NCBI GenBank assembly: GCA_947165295.1
Contig: CAMUZU010000006.1
Coordinates: 20,358 to 84,357, forward strand
Direction of reading: 5' to 3'
Source: an uncultured Selenomonadales bacterium
GTDB lineage: Bacteria > Bacillota > Negativicutes > Selenomonadales > Selenomonadaceae
Length of the DNA stretch: 64,000 nt
Both the position numbers and the translations under genes were made by a program. Shown here one piece after another: positions 43,787 through 51,816 of this stretch. The stretch's first letter is position 1. Each line of letters starts with the position of its first letter. The notes under the pieces are model-generated. The model did no database searches, was not told the origin of the DNA, and was given only the letters and a program-made list of their open reading frames with translations.

Positions 43787-44155
43787 TCAATTTTCGTCCA
43801 AAGGATCGCTTCCAAATTGATTCCAACCGACTTGACCGGGCGCGCAGAACAAATAAATCGAAAAAATCAGCCCGACGAACGGAATTAATGCCACCAACCA
43901 GAAAATTCCGTGCTTTCCGAGGTCGTGAAGGCGGCGAATCATCAACATTACGTTGCCCGCGCCCGCAATTAACGCCCACATCAGCGTTATCAGCTTGATT
44001 ATCGGCGCATTTGGGTCGCCCGTGAAGAAAGTTGCCATTGATGACATCACAAATGTCGACAAACCCGCGATTATCGCAAGCAAAATCATGTATTTTAGGT
44101 ACCGAAGGCGATTTAAACGCCCGTTTGTCGTAAAAATCTCGTCAAAAAGCCTCAT
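43787..44155 (-). CDS. DUF805-family inner membrane protein
   Basis: GRLNRLRYLKY..., IRRLHDLGKHGIFWL..., ...GSDPL pattern. Confidence 0.8.
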   Translation of the reverse strand: MRLFDEIFTTNGRLNRLRYLKYMILLAIIAGLSTFVMSSMATFFTGDPNAPIIKLITLMWALIAGAGNVMLMIRRLHDLGKHGIFWLVALIPFVGLIFSIYLFCAPGQVGWNQFGSDPLDEN

Positions 44156-44179
44156 AAACGTCCTCCAAAGCGAATTTTT

Positions 44180-44968
44180 TTACATGGATTTGGATTTTTC
44201 GGCCGCCGCAAGTACCGCTTCGATAAAATGACTGCGAATCGCGCCGCGTTCAAGCACTCGAATGCCTTCAATCGTCGTTCCGGCGGGACTTGTGACCTTG
44301 TCGCGCAAAATATCGGGGTGTTCGCCAGCCAAAACCATCTTCGCGGCACCAAAAATCGTCTGCGCGGCCAATTCAATCGCCATTTTTCGCGGTAAACCCG
44401 CCGCAACGCCGCCATCAGCAAGCGAATCGATGACTAAAAACGCAAAAGCGGGGCTCGAACCGCTCAAACCGGTCACTGCGTCCATAAAAACTTCGTCAAT
44501 TTCGATTACGCGCCCCAAATTCGACCAAAATTGCCTGATAATGTCCTTCGCACCGTCAAAAACACGCGAATTCGGCGCAAAAGCCGTCATACTTTCGCCG
44601 ACGGACACCGCAACGTTCGGCATGAGCCGCACAATCGCGTTTTCGGGCAAAAATTGTTCGACTTCGGCCAATTTCAGCCCCGCAACCGTGTAACTGACGA
44701 TTGTAAACGGCGAAATTCGATTTTTCAGCGACGAAAACACATTTTTAGCGTCTTTCGGCTTGACTGCGACGATTAAAAGCCCGATTTCGTTCAAAAAATC
44801 CGCCTCAAGCGAAGTTTTTACGCCAAAACGCTCCGAAAGTTCTTCGCAACGTGATTTTCGGCATTCCGCGACGAAAATATCACTCGCCGCGAACGTTTTT
44901 CCGCAAATTCCGCGAATAATCGCTTCAGCCAACGCTCCGCCGCCGATAATTCCGAGTTTGTAAGTCAT
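44180..44968 (-). CDS. proC: Pyrroline-5-carboxylate reductase
   Basis: 262 aa with LGIIGGGALAEAII..., VTSPAGTTIEG. Confidence 0.9.
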   Translation of the reverse strand: MTYKLGIIGGGALAEAIIRGICGKTFAASDIFVAECRKSRCEELSERFGVKTSLEADFLNEIGLLIVAVKPKDAKNVFSSLKNRISPFTIVSYTVAGLKLAEVEQFLPENAIVRLMPNVAVSVGESMTAFAPNSRVFDGAKDIIRQFWSNLGRVIEIDEVFMDAVTGLSGSSPAFAFLVIDSLADGGVAAGLPRKMAIELAAQTIFGAAKMVLAGEHPDILRDKVTSPAGTTIEGIRVLERGAIRSHFIEAVLAAAEKSKSM

Positions 44969-45153
44969 TTTTTCGTTCCTCCGTCCACAAATTCGATGCT
45001 CTCAAGCAAATTCGTCACCTGACCGCGAATTTCGGCCAAATAAATCGCGTAAAGTCGTTTTTGTTCGGCCAATTCGTCTTCAGAAAGCCCGATTGTGCGT
45101 TTTTTGCGCGCTAATTCGTTGATTCTGGCCAAAAGTTCGGGCGTTATCAACAA
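44965..45153 (-). CDS. DUF896 (UPF0291/YnzC-like) small protein
   Basis: LITPELLARINELARKKRTIGLSEDELAEQKRLYAIYLAEIRGQV. TTG start lies 5-8 nt after AAGGAG. Confidence 0.7.
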   Translation of the reverse strand: MLITPELLARINELARKKRTIGLSEDELAEQKRLYAIYLAEIRGQVTNLLESIEFVDGGTKK

Positions 45154-45223
45154 AATCACTCCTTCAAGCGAAAATTTTTCGTGCAAGTATAGCATGCGAA
45201 ACGTTTTTTGTCACTTGAAAAAA

Positions 45224-45250
45224 ATTTTATCCCCGATTGGGGCTTAAAAT
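45224..45250. promoter_or_regulatory. Dyad-symmetric motif ATTTTATCCCCGATTGGGGCTTAAAAT upstream of the substrate-binding protein gene
   Basis: Nearly the same 27-mer recurs at 50271-50297. Confidence 0.45.
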
Positions 45251-45290
45251 CGCGTCGAAAATCGATTAAAATCGCGTTCGAGGTGGTTTT

Positions 45291-46820
45291 ATGAAGAAAT
45301 TTCTTGCGATTTTATGTTCAGCGGGACTTTTTTTCGGCGGATGCGGCTCTCAAACGCAAAATTCAGCCGTCGAAAAGACTTTTACTTACGGAACTGTCGC
45401 TTACGGCGTCGCAATGGAGAATGTCGGCACGAATCCGCACGAAAATTACAGCGGATGGTCGACTTTGCGCTACGGAATTGGCGAAACGCTCTTCAAATTC
45501 GATGAAAACATGCAGTTGAAGCCGTGGTTGGCCGAAAATTTCGAGCAAATTGACGATTTCACCGTCAAAATCAAGATTAACGACTCCGCAAAGTTCTCAA
45601 ATGGCAAGAAAGTCGATGGTTTAGCCGTCAAAAAGTGCCTTGAAGCATTAATTTCGACGCACGATCGCGCTCCGAACGACTTAAAAATCGTTTCAATCGA
45701 TTCTGACGGGCAATTTGTGACGATTAAATCAGCCGAAAAGGTTCCCGCGCTGCTAAATTACCTGTCCGACCCTTACGGATGCATTATTGACGTTGATTCG
45801 GGCGTCAAAAACGGAATTGTCGTCGGCACCGGGGCTTACAAAGCCGTAAAAGTCACCGAAACCGGCCTCGAACTCGTCAAAAATGATAATTTTTGGGGTT
45901 CCGACAAGCCAAAACTCGATAAAATCGTCGTAAAAAGCATTTCTGACGGCGATACGCTCACGATGGCGATGCAAAACGGCGAATTGGACGCTGCGCAAGG
46001 CCTTCCGTACTCAAATTTGAAACTTTTCGGCGGAAATGACTTCAAAATCTCTCAAACGAACACTTCACGCGTCTATCAGGCGGCGTTTAACTTCAAAAAT
46101 CCGATTTTGCAAGACAAAAACGTTCGCAAAGCCATTTCGATGGCGATTGACAAGGAAAATTTCTGCAAAATCTTGCTCAACGGCAACGGAACGCCTGCGA
46201 TTAGCCCGTTTCCTGCAAATTTGACGTTCGGAGACGCGAATTTTAAGCCAATTCCGTTCGATTTGGACGCCGCGAAGCAAATTTTAGCCGATTCGGGCTG
46301 GATTGACACTGACGGCGACGGTTTTGTTGACAAAAACGGTCAAAATCTCGAATTACGCTGGCTAACTTACACTTCACGGCAAGAATTACCGCTTTTGGCC
46401 GAGTCTGCGCAGGCAAATTTGAAAAAAATCGGCATAAAACTCGACGTAAACGCCACCGACAACTACAAAAACTTCCTCAAGAGCGGCGAATACGATATTT
46501 TCGCGAAAGCGATTGTCACCGCGCCCACCGGCGACCCCGAATATTATTTCACGAGCCATATCGTCGCAAATGCCGTCGATAATGCCGGTTTTTACGACAA
46601 TCCGACGATTTTTGCGCTTGAAAACGAACTTCACAACACTTTTGGAGCCGAAAAACGCTCAAAACTCGCGATTCAGATGTCAAAATTGATTTTAGACGAC
46701 TACGCGCTGATTTATGCGTCGCATTTGAAGATGTCGTTCGTTATGAAGCCGAATATCGAAGGTTTTAACGCTCATCCGTCCGATTATTACGAAATTACGG
46801 CCGCTCTCGACAAAAAATAG
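45291..46820 (+). CDS. ABC transporter substrate-binding lipoprotein, family 5 (peptide/nickel type)
   Basis: 509 aa with lipobox LFFGGCGS and an overall DppA/NikA-like pattern. Confidence 0.85.
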   Translation: MKKFLAILCSAGLFFGGCGSQTQNSAVEKTFTYGTVAYGVAMENVGTNPHENYSGWSTLRYGIGETLFKFDENMQLKPWLAENFEQIDDFTVKIKINDSAKFSNGKKVDGLAVKKCLEALISTHDRAPNDLKIVSIDSDGQFVTIKSAEKVPALLNYLSDPYGCIIDVDSGVKNGIVVGTGAYKAVKVTETGLELVKNDNFWGSDKPKLDKIVVKSISDGDTLTMAMQNGELDAAQGLPYSNLKLFGGNDFKISQTNTSRVYQAAFNFKNPILQDKNVRKAISMAIDKENFCKILLNGNGTPAISPFPANLTFGDANFKPIPFDLDAAKQILADSGWIDTDGDGFVDKNGQNLELRWLTYTSRQELPLLAESAQANLKKIGIKLDVNATDNYKNFLKSGEYDIFAKAIVTAPTGDPEYYFTSHIVANAVDNAGFYDNPTIFALENELHNTFGAEKRSKLAIQMSKLILDDYALIYASHLKMSFVMKPNIEGFNAHPSDYYEITAALDKK

Positions 46821-46821
46821 C

Positions 46822-46860
46822 AAAAAAAATCGCCCCGACACGTCGTCGAGGCTTTTTTTG
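46822..46860. terminator. Bidirectional terminator (substrate-binding protein gene / brnA)
   Basis: A8, GCCCCGAC/GTCGAGGC hairpin, T7. Confidence 0.65.
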
Positions 46861-47079
46861 TCAATCTTCAATGACTTTGACTCGAATTTTCTTCCAAAAA
46901 TTGGGTTTGTCGCGCAAACGCTTGTATTTTCCGCGTTCGTCTTCTCTGAGAGGCGGAATATCGCTGTAATCGATGTCTTCGTCACGCATTTCGCCCAATT
47001 TCGCGAGTTCTGCCTTTTGTTCGGGCGTCAATTCGGGAATTTGTCCCTTAAAAATCACCAAACTGCCCATAATAATCAT
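46861..47079 (-). CDS. brnA: BrnA-type antitoxin (DUF4415-like)
   Basis: ...MRDEDIDYSDIPPLREDE... motif. Overlaps the brnT stop. Confidence 0.65.
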   Translation of the reverse strand: MIIMGSLVIFKGQIPELTPEQKAELAKLGEMRDEDIDYSDIPPLREDERGKYKRLRDKPNFWKKIRVKVIED

Positions 47080-47350
47080 TCCTTTCGTGTTTATCGGCGT
47101 GTCGAGCGGAAATTATGCGATTTTTTTCGCCGCGTTCAGTATAAATCACGGTCAAAACATTTTCAATCATGCCGATGACTTTAATTCTGTCCTCGTCATC
47201 GCTGTGTTCGTCGTCGAAATAGTAAATCGCATTGTCGTCAAAGAAAATTCGCGCTGCCGTTTCAAACCTTATGCCGTGTTTTTTGACATTGAGCTGATAT
47301 TTTTCGTCGTCCCACTCAAAATTCACGCCTTCAATGCTGTATTCGCCCAT
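47048..47350 (-). CDS. brnT: BrnT-family toxin (DUF497)
   Basis: FEWDDEKYQLNVKKHGIRFETAARIFFD...EDRIKVIGMIENVLTVIYTERGEKNRIISARHA. ATG 47350 follows GAGGTG. Confidence 0.8.
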   Translation of the reverse strand: MGEYSIEGVNFEWDDEKYQLNVKKHGIRFETAARIFFDDNAIYYFDDEHSDDEDRIKVIGMIENVLTVIYTERGEKNRIISARHADKHERNDYYGQFGDF

Positions 47351-47399
47351 AAAATTCACCTCGCGGCCGATTTTAACACGAAAAATTAGCTCCGACAAG

Positions 47400-48599
47400 T
47401 CAAATTTTCGTTCGCGACAGGTCAAACAGGTCAGAATCGCGCACAATTATTCCGATAACGCCCGAAATGTTCACGATAAACACGTTTGACGCCATCATCA
47501 GGCCGATTGAGTCCATTGAAAAGCCAAATTGCGTCAACAAAAGCGTCATCGTCGCGATCATTCCGCCGTTTTCAGGCGGTGTGGCTATTGCGAACTGAAT
47601 TGACAGCAATGCGACGATTATCAGCTGCAAAATCGTTATTTCGACGCCAGAAAACTCCGCCGCGAAGAAAATACAGATGATTATTCCGATTGTCGACGGT
47701 ATCGGGCACAGCGCGTGCGATAACGGGATGTAAAAATCGCATAAATTCTCCTTGACGCCGAGTTTTTGCTTGCAAATTTCGAGATTTTTGGGCATAGACG
47801 CGCTTCCGCTGCCCGTTGTGAACGTAATCAGGCACGCAGGATAGATTTTTCGCATGAAATCGGCGATTTTTAGGCCGTGTTTGACCGAAATTCGCAAAAT
47901 CATCGCCGCAGGAACGATTGTGAACGCCAAATAGTTCGCCAAAACGATTTTCCACAGCGAAACGAACTCCGCGAACGAATAAACCAGCAAAGTCTTCACC
48001 ATGCTCAAGAAAATCACCGTCGGAATCAATTTCAGAACGATCGAAATCATTTTGAAGACGATTTGCTTGCTCTCGACGACAAATTTCTTTAAATCGGTGA
48101 CGCGATCGCCCAAAATCGTTATGCAAATGCCCGTCAGCAACGCCAAAACGACGATTTGCAGGATATTTCCTTTCAAAAACGGCTCAATAACGTTTTGAGG
48201 CACGATTGACAGCAGTAAATTGAAAATTTTCGCCGTTTCGTTCGCGTTTGAAGCCGAAATTTGCCCGTCGAAGCTGAAATTCACCACCGGAAAGAACATT
48301 TCGCCGATAAAAATCGTCACGACGACGATAAACAGCAGAATTTTGGCGAATCTGAGCAAAACCGTCGTGCCAATCGTGTTCAAAGTCACAACATTTTCCA
48401 TTGCGCAGATGCTTGCGACTATCGAAACGAACACAAACGGGATATTTATCGCGATAATCGCGCCGAAAAGCGTATTCAGTATCGGATTTATGATTTTCAC
48501 GATTAAATCTTGCGTTTCAGGCGAAAAATTGCCCGCAATCGCCGCAAAAACAATCGCAAACAGTATCGAAATCGTACTTGAGCCGCCCGGAATCTTCAA
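47400..48599 (-). CDS. Dicarboxylate/amino acid:cation symporter (DAACS) family transporter
   Basis: 399 aa, polytopic, with a GltP/SstT-like layout and the FTTGSGSASMP motif. TTG start, in frame with the upstream ORF. Confidence 0.8.
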   Translation of the reverse strand: MKIPGGSSTISILFAIVFAAIAGNFSPETQDLIVKIINPILNTLFGAIIAINIPFVFVSIVASICAMENVVTLNTIGTTVLLRFAKILLFIVVVTIFIGEMFFPVVNFSFDGQISASNANETAKIFNLLLSIVPQNVIEPFLKGNILQIVVLALLTGICITILGDRVTDLKKFVVESKQIVFKMISIVLKLIPTVIFLSMVKTLLVYSFAEFVSLWKIVLANYLAFTIVPAAMILRISVKHGLKIADFMRKIYPACLITFTTGSGSASMPKNLEICKQKLGVKENLCDFYIPLSHALCPIPSTIGIIICIFFAAEFSGVEITILQLIIVALLSIQFAIATPPENGGMIATMTLLLTQFGFSMDSIGLMMASNVFIVNISGVIGIIVRDSDLFDLSRTKI

Positions 48600-48626
48600 A
48601 TTTTTAATTTCACGCGGCGAAAACGC

Positions 48627-48980
48627 TCAAATTTCGTTGAAACCGCCTTCGTAACGGTAAATCACACGCGCTTTTTCGTAATTCAGCAGGTCGTGAATGA
48701 TATTTTCCGAAAAAATCTGTTCGTCGTCGTCATATTCAAGCGGATTGAACGGTTTGCCTTTGATTTTTATCGACACACGCGGCGTTCCGAACCATTTTCG
48801 CGTTAAAAACTCGAATTCTTGCGTCTCACCGAACTTTTCTTGACAACGAAGCAGCGATTCTTCAAGCAAAAGACAAATTTTGAGCTTATCTTTGTGCGGA
48901 ACGCCCGTTGAATCGAAGAATTTCTCGATTTTTTCCATGACGTGCGCGATATTTTGGTTGCTGAGCTTCAAAAACGTCAC
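48627..48980 (-). CDS. Hypothetical cytoplasmic protein, in frame with the downstream symporter across a single TGA
   Basis: 117 aa. Weak resemblance to an anti-sigma/kinase ATPase-like fold (LLLEESLLRC...VSIKIKGKPFNPLE). Confidence 0.5.
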   Translation of the reverse strand: MTFLKLSNQNIAHVMEKIEKFFDSTGVPHKDKLKICLLLEESLLRCQEKFGETQEFEFLTRKWFGTPRVSIKIKGKPFNPLEYDDDEQIFSENIIHDLLNYEKARVIYRYEGGFNEI

Positions 48981-48996
48981 CTCACAGCGATTTTTG

Positions 48997-49028
48997 CAAA
49001 AAAAATTGCCCCGACGCGCTTCCGAGGC
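48997..49028 (-). terminator. Terminator of the small-protein operon
   Basis: GCCTCGG/CGGGGC hairpin, then T8 on the minus strand. Confidence 0.5.
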
Positions 49029-49040
49029 TGAATTTTCGTT

Positions 49041-49289
49041 TCAAACCGACTCCAAATCAAGATAAACGGTCGTTGAGTTGCGTTTGACGACTTTTTTTAT
49101 CCGCCGAAAGTCCGAACCGTCGCGATCGCCTATTAAAATGTTGTTTTCGCGTATGAAAGTCTCCAATTCGGTGATTTTTGACGTCGAAATATCGTATCGC
49201 GGGTTTTTCAGCGTGATTGTTCGCGTGTCGCCGTCCAAAAACAGGCATTCGATGTTCAAAACGTGCTCATATTTGACCTTGTCGGGCAT
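49041..49289 (-). CDS. Small protein, DUF2922/DUF1659-like (82 aa)
   Basis: ...TITLKNPRYDISTSKITELETFIRENNILIGDRDGSDFRRIKKV pattern. TAATG overlap with the upstream gene. Confidence 0.5.
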   Translation of the reverse strand: MPDKVKYEHVLNIECLFLDGDTRTITLKNPRYDISTSKITELETFIRENNILIGDRDGSDFRRIKKVVKRNSTTVYLDLESV

Positions 49290-49480
49290 TAAATCACGTC
49301 TCCTTTTGTGATTTTCTTCGTCGAAACGTATGTATCGTCCGTCAAAGCGATTAATTTCTCTGCGAACTCGCGCAAAATCGCGTTTGGCGTTGCCGGATTG
49401 ATATAACTGACGTTCGTGACCTGTTTTTTGTCGCTTTGGTCGGTCGAAGTGATTGAAATCGTGATAACATCAGCTGCCAT
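49289..49480 (-). CDS. Small protein, DUF1659/DUF2922-like (63 aa)
   Basis: MAADVITISITSTDQSDKKQVTNVSYINPATPNAILREFAEKLIALTDDTYVS. ATG follows GAGGAGG. Confidence 0.5.
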   Translation of the reverse strand: MAADVITISITSTDQSDKKQVTNVSYINPATPNAILREFAEKLIALTDDTYVSTKKITKGDVI

Positions 49481-49724
49481 AGATAATTTCCTCCTCAATC
49501 GAGACGATTTTCGCGTCATCAATGCGCAAAACGGCGGCTCCGTCGTCGGAAACGAACGTTTGATAGAAATTTGCGTACTCATCGTTGGCATTCGCGTTGA
49601 TTTTGAGGATTTTTGCCTTCACAGCGGCCGCATCTTCGCTCGAAACGTTTTCAAAAGTGTATTTTCGCGTCGAATCGTCTTCGTAAAGCAGCGTTATGAC
49701 GACATTATTGCTGACTGACGACAT
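49470..49724 (-). CDS. Small protein, DUF2922/DUF1659-like (84 aa)
   Basis: VVITLLYEDDSTRKYTFENVSSEDAAAVKAKILKINA... AAAGGTG RBS. Overlaps neighbours on both sides. Confidence 0.5.
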   Translation of the reverse strand: MSSVSNNVVITLLYEDDSTRKYTFENVSSEDAAAVKAKILKINANANDEYANFYQTFVSDDGAAVLRIDDAKIVSIEEEIIYGS

Positions 49725-49932
49725 TTTGATTCACCTTTCTGACCAAATTTGTTGGTTCGTACTTGTTTTGGAAGTTCACAATACCGAGAAGTTGATTCAT
49801 CGCGCCGATTATGACGTTTGCATCGGAAATTTGCGCGTTTACGCCGTCGAATTTGAGCGTCGTGCCGTATGAACCGTTGAAATGTTGCAAAATGACGCTT
49901 CCGACCTTCGCATTCGTGAATTCGTAAGCCAT
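49705..49932 (-). CDS. Small protein (75 aa), first gene of the four-gene small-protein operon
   Basis: MAYEFTNAKVGSVILQHFNGSYGTTLKFDGVNAQISDANVIIGAMNQLLGI. ATG lies 6 nt after GAGGTG. Confidence 0.5.
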   Translation of the reverse strand: MAYEFTNAKVGSVILQHFNGSYGTTLKFDGVNAQISDANVIIGAMNQLLGIVNFQNKYEPTNLVRKVNQNVVSQQ

Positions 49933-49957
49933 ATTCATCACCTCAACGCCATTTTAA

Positions 49958-49986
49958 TTGACGAAAGCCAAAAAATCAACTAAAAT
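49958..49986 (+). promoter_or_regulatory. Promoter of the GG-leader peptide gene
   Basis: TTGACG-17 nt-TAAAAT. Confidence 0.5.
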
Positions 49987-50047
49987 CTGTAACGAAATCG
50001 ATTTTTGAACGTATAATTGACAGAAAACCGAAAGGAGACTGATAAAA

Positions 50048-50209
50048 ATGGCAACACGCGAAGAAAATCTTAAAAAAATCAATGCCGAACTCGAAAAACT
50101 CGACGATGAGGAACTCGAAAAGGTCGCGGGCGGAATATTAGTGAGGCAAATGCCGGATTCTGACACGAAAAATGAGCCGGAAAACAAGATAATTCACGTC
50201 ACAGCTTAA
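50048..50209 (+). CDS. Double-glycine-leader peptide precursor (53 aa): MATREENLKKINAELEKLDDEELEKVAGG / ILVRQMPDSDTKNEPENKIIHVTA
   Basis: My own translation; below the ORF-track cutoff. AAAGGAG RBS, TTGACG-17-TAAAAT promoter, and a strong terminator directly downstream. Confidence 0.55.
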   Translation: MATREENLKKINAELEKLDDEELEKVAGGILVRQMPDSDTKNEPENKIIHVTA

Positions 50210-50235
50210 AAACGTCGCGTCACAAGCAAAAAAAG

Positions 50236-50266
50236 CCCTTCGACAGCGTGTCGGAGGGTTTTTTTG
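50236..50266 (+). terminator. Intrinsic terminator after the GG-leader peptide gene
   Basis: CCCTTCGACA-GCG-TGTCGGAGGG plus T7. Confidence 0.8.
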
Positions 50267-50270
50267 TGCG

Positions 50271-50297
50271 ATTTTATCCCCGAACGGGGCTTAAATT
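50271..50297. promoter_or_regulatory. Dyad-symmetric motif ATTTTATCCCCGAACGGGGCTTAAATT upstream of the ABC ATPase genes
   Basis: Second copy of the 45224-45250 motif, at a similar distance (about 40-45 nt) from the start codon. Confidence 0.45.
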
Positions 50298-50337
50298 TTC
50301 GTTTACGACGATTTATAATTGATTTACAGGTGATTTT

Positions 50338-51102
50338 ATGGCTGAAAGTCTTTTGAGCGTCGAAAAATTGCGCGTTTCGTACTTTGAACGGGAGATTTTG
50401 CACGAAATCAGCTTTTCGGTCGCCGCAGGAGAAATTTTAATCGTTGCGGGCGAGTCCGGCAGCGGAAAATCGACGATTTTGAAGTCAATCGGCGGTTTAC
50501 TCGACAAAAATGCGTCTTTAAGCGGCAAAATTCTGTTTGACGGGCTTGAAATTACGAATTTAAGCGATTTTGAGCGTCGAAAACTTGCGGGAGAGGCAAT
50601 CGGATACATTTTTCAGAACGCAGGCGCGAGTTTTTGTCCGATACGCACTGTCGGAGAGCAAATTTTTGAGTCTGTGACGGCACATCGGGCTTGGAATTAT
50701 GAATTTTTCCGCGAACGAGCCGAAAAACTCATGCGAAAGCTAAATTTAGACGCAAAAACGCTTGACGAATACCCGTTTCGACTGTCGGGCGGCATGTCAC
50801 AGCGCGTCGGGATACTTGCGGCGACGATTTTGCGGCCGAAATTGCTTTTGGCGGACGAACCGACGAGCGCACTCGACCAAATCACGCGAAATGACGTTGT
50901 AAACGAGCTTTTGAGCCTGCGAAAGCGCGAAAATCTTGCAATAATCCTTGTCACGCACGATTTAAGCGTCGCAAAACGGCTTGCGGACAAAATTTTAGTC
51001 TTGAAACGCGGCAAAACGATTGAATTTGGCACGCGAGAGCAAATTTTTGATGCTCCGAAGGCGATTTACACGCGAGAATTGATTGAGGCGGCGAATTTAT
51101 GA
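50338..51102 (+). CDS. ABC transporter ATP-binding protein (DppD/OppD/NikD-like)
   Basis: Walker A GESGSGKST and signature LSGGMSQRV. Confidence 0.88.
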   Translation: MAESLLSVEKLRVSYFEREILHEISFSVAAGEILIVAGESGSGKSTILKSIGGLLDKNASLSGKILFDGLEITNLSDFERRKLAGEAIGYIFQNAGASFCPIRTVGEQIFESVTAHRAWNYEFFRERAEKLMRKLNLDAKTLDEYPFRLSGGMSQRVGILAATILRPKLLLADEPTSALDQITRNDVVNELLSLRKRENLAIILVTHDLSVAKRLADKILVLKRGKTIEFGTREQIFDAPKAIYTRELIEAANL

Positions 51103-51788
51103 CGATTTTAGACGTTCAACACGTTAAAAAACGTTTTGGAAGCCGAATTTTGCTGTCGGACGTGAATTTTTCGGTTGAATCGGGCGAAATTCTTGCGATA
51201 ATCGGTTTAAGCGGCTGTGGCAAGTCAACTTTGGCGAAAATCATTGCGCGATTGACCGATTTTGACGGCGGAAAGGTGATTTTGTGCGGAAAAGACATTT
51301 CAAACGCGGTTGGAAACGAATTTTATCGCGAAATGCAGATGATTTTTCAAAATCCGGAAGAATCTTTCGACCCGCGACGCACTTTGGGCGCGAGTATAGC
51401 CGAACCGATTAAAAATTTCGGCGTAAAAGCGTCCGTGAGCGAATTATTGACGCGTGTCGGGCTTAAAATCGAGTATTCTGAGCGTTTTCCGCATGAAATT
51501 TCGGGCGGAGAGTGTCAACGGGCGGCGATCGCACGTGCAATTTCGATAAATCCGAAGATTTTAATCTGCGACGAGGCAACAAGCGCGCTTGACGTGACGA
51601 TTCAAGCGAAAATCATTGCGTTGATTAAAAATTTGTGCGTTGAGCGGCGAATTTCATGCATTTTCATCACGCACGACCTAAAAATCGCAAAAAAAATCGC
51701 CAATCGGGTGCTTGTACTCGAAAATGGCGAGCTAAAAACGTTTTCGGCGTCAAATTTTGGGAGAAAACTTAGCGAAACCTCCGTTTGA
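51099..51788 (+). CDS. ABC transporter ATP-binding protein (DppF/OppF/NikE-like)
   Basis: Walker A GLSGCGKST and signature ISGGECQRAAIARA. 4-nt overlap with the previous gene. Confidence 0.88.
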   Translation: MTILDVQHVKKRFGSRILLSDVNFSVESGEILAIIGLSGCGKSTLAKIIARLTDFDGGKVILCGKDISNAVGNEFYREMQMIFQNPEESFDPRRTLGASIAEPIKNFGVKASVSELLTRVGLKIEYSERFPHEISGGECQRAAIARAISINPKILICDEATSALDVTIQAKIIALIKNLCVERRISCIFITHDLKIAKKIANRVLVLENGELKTFSASNFGRKLSETSV

Positions 51789-51816
51789 GCAAAAATTTTT
51801 ACGGGAGGCAACGTAA

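Noticed and set aside
48627-48629. I considered whether the in-frame TGA between the cytoplasmic-domain ORF and the symporter is a selenocysteine codon.
   Set aside because: No SECIS-like hairpin is apparent immediately downstream, and the position is a linker rather than a redox motif. A nonsense mutation, a sequencing error or genuinely separate genes are more likely.
49041-50209. I considered whether the small-gene block is a prophage or integrative-element remnant.
   Set aside because: No integrase, terminase, capsid or att-like repeats were seen. The small proteins resemble Firmicute DUF1659/DUF2922-type chromosomal genes.
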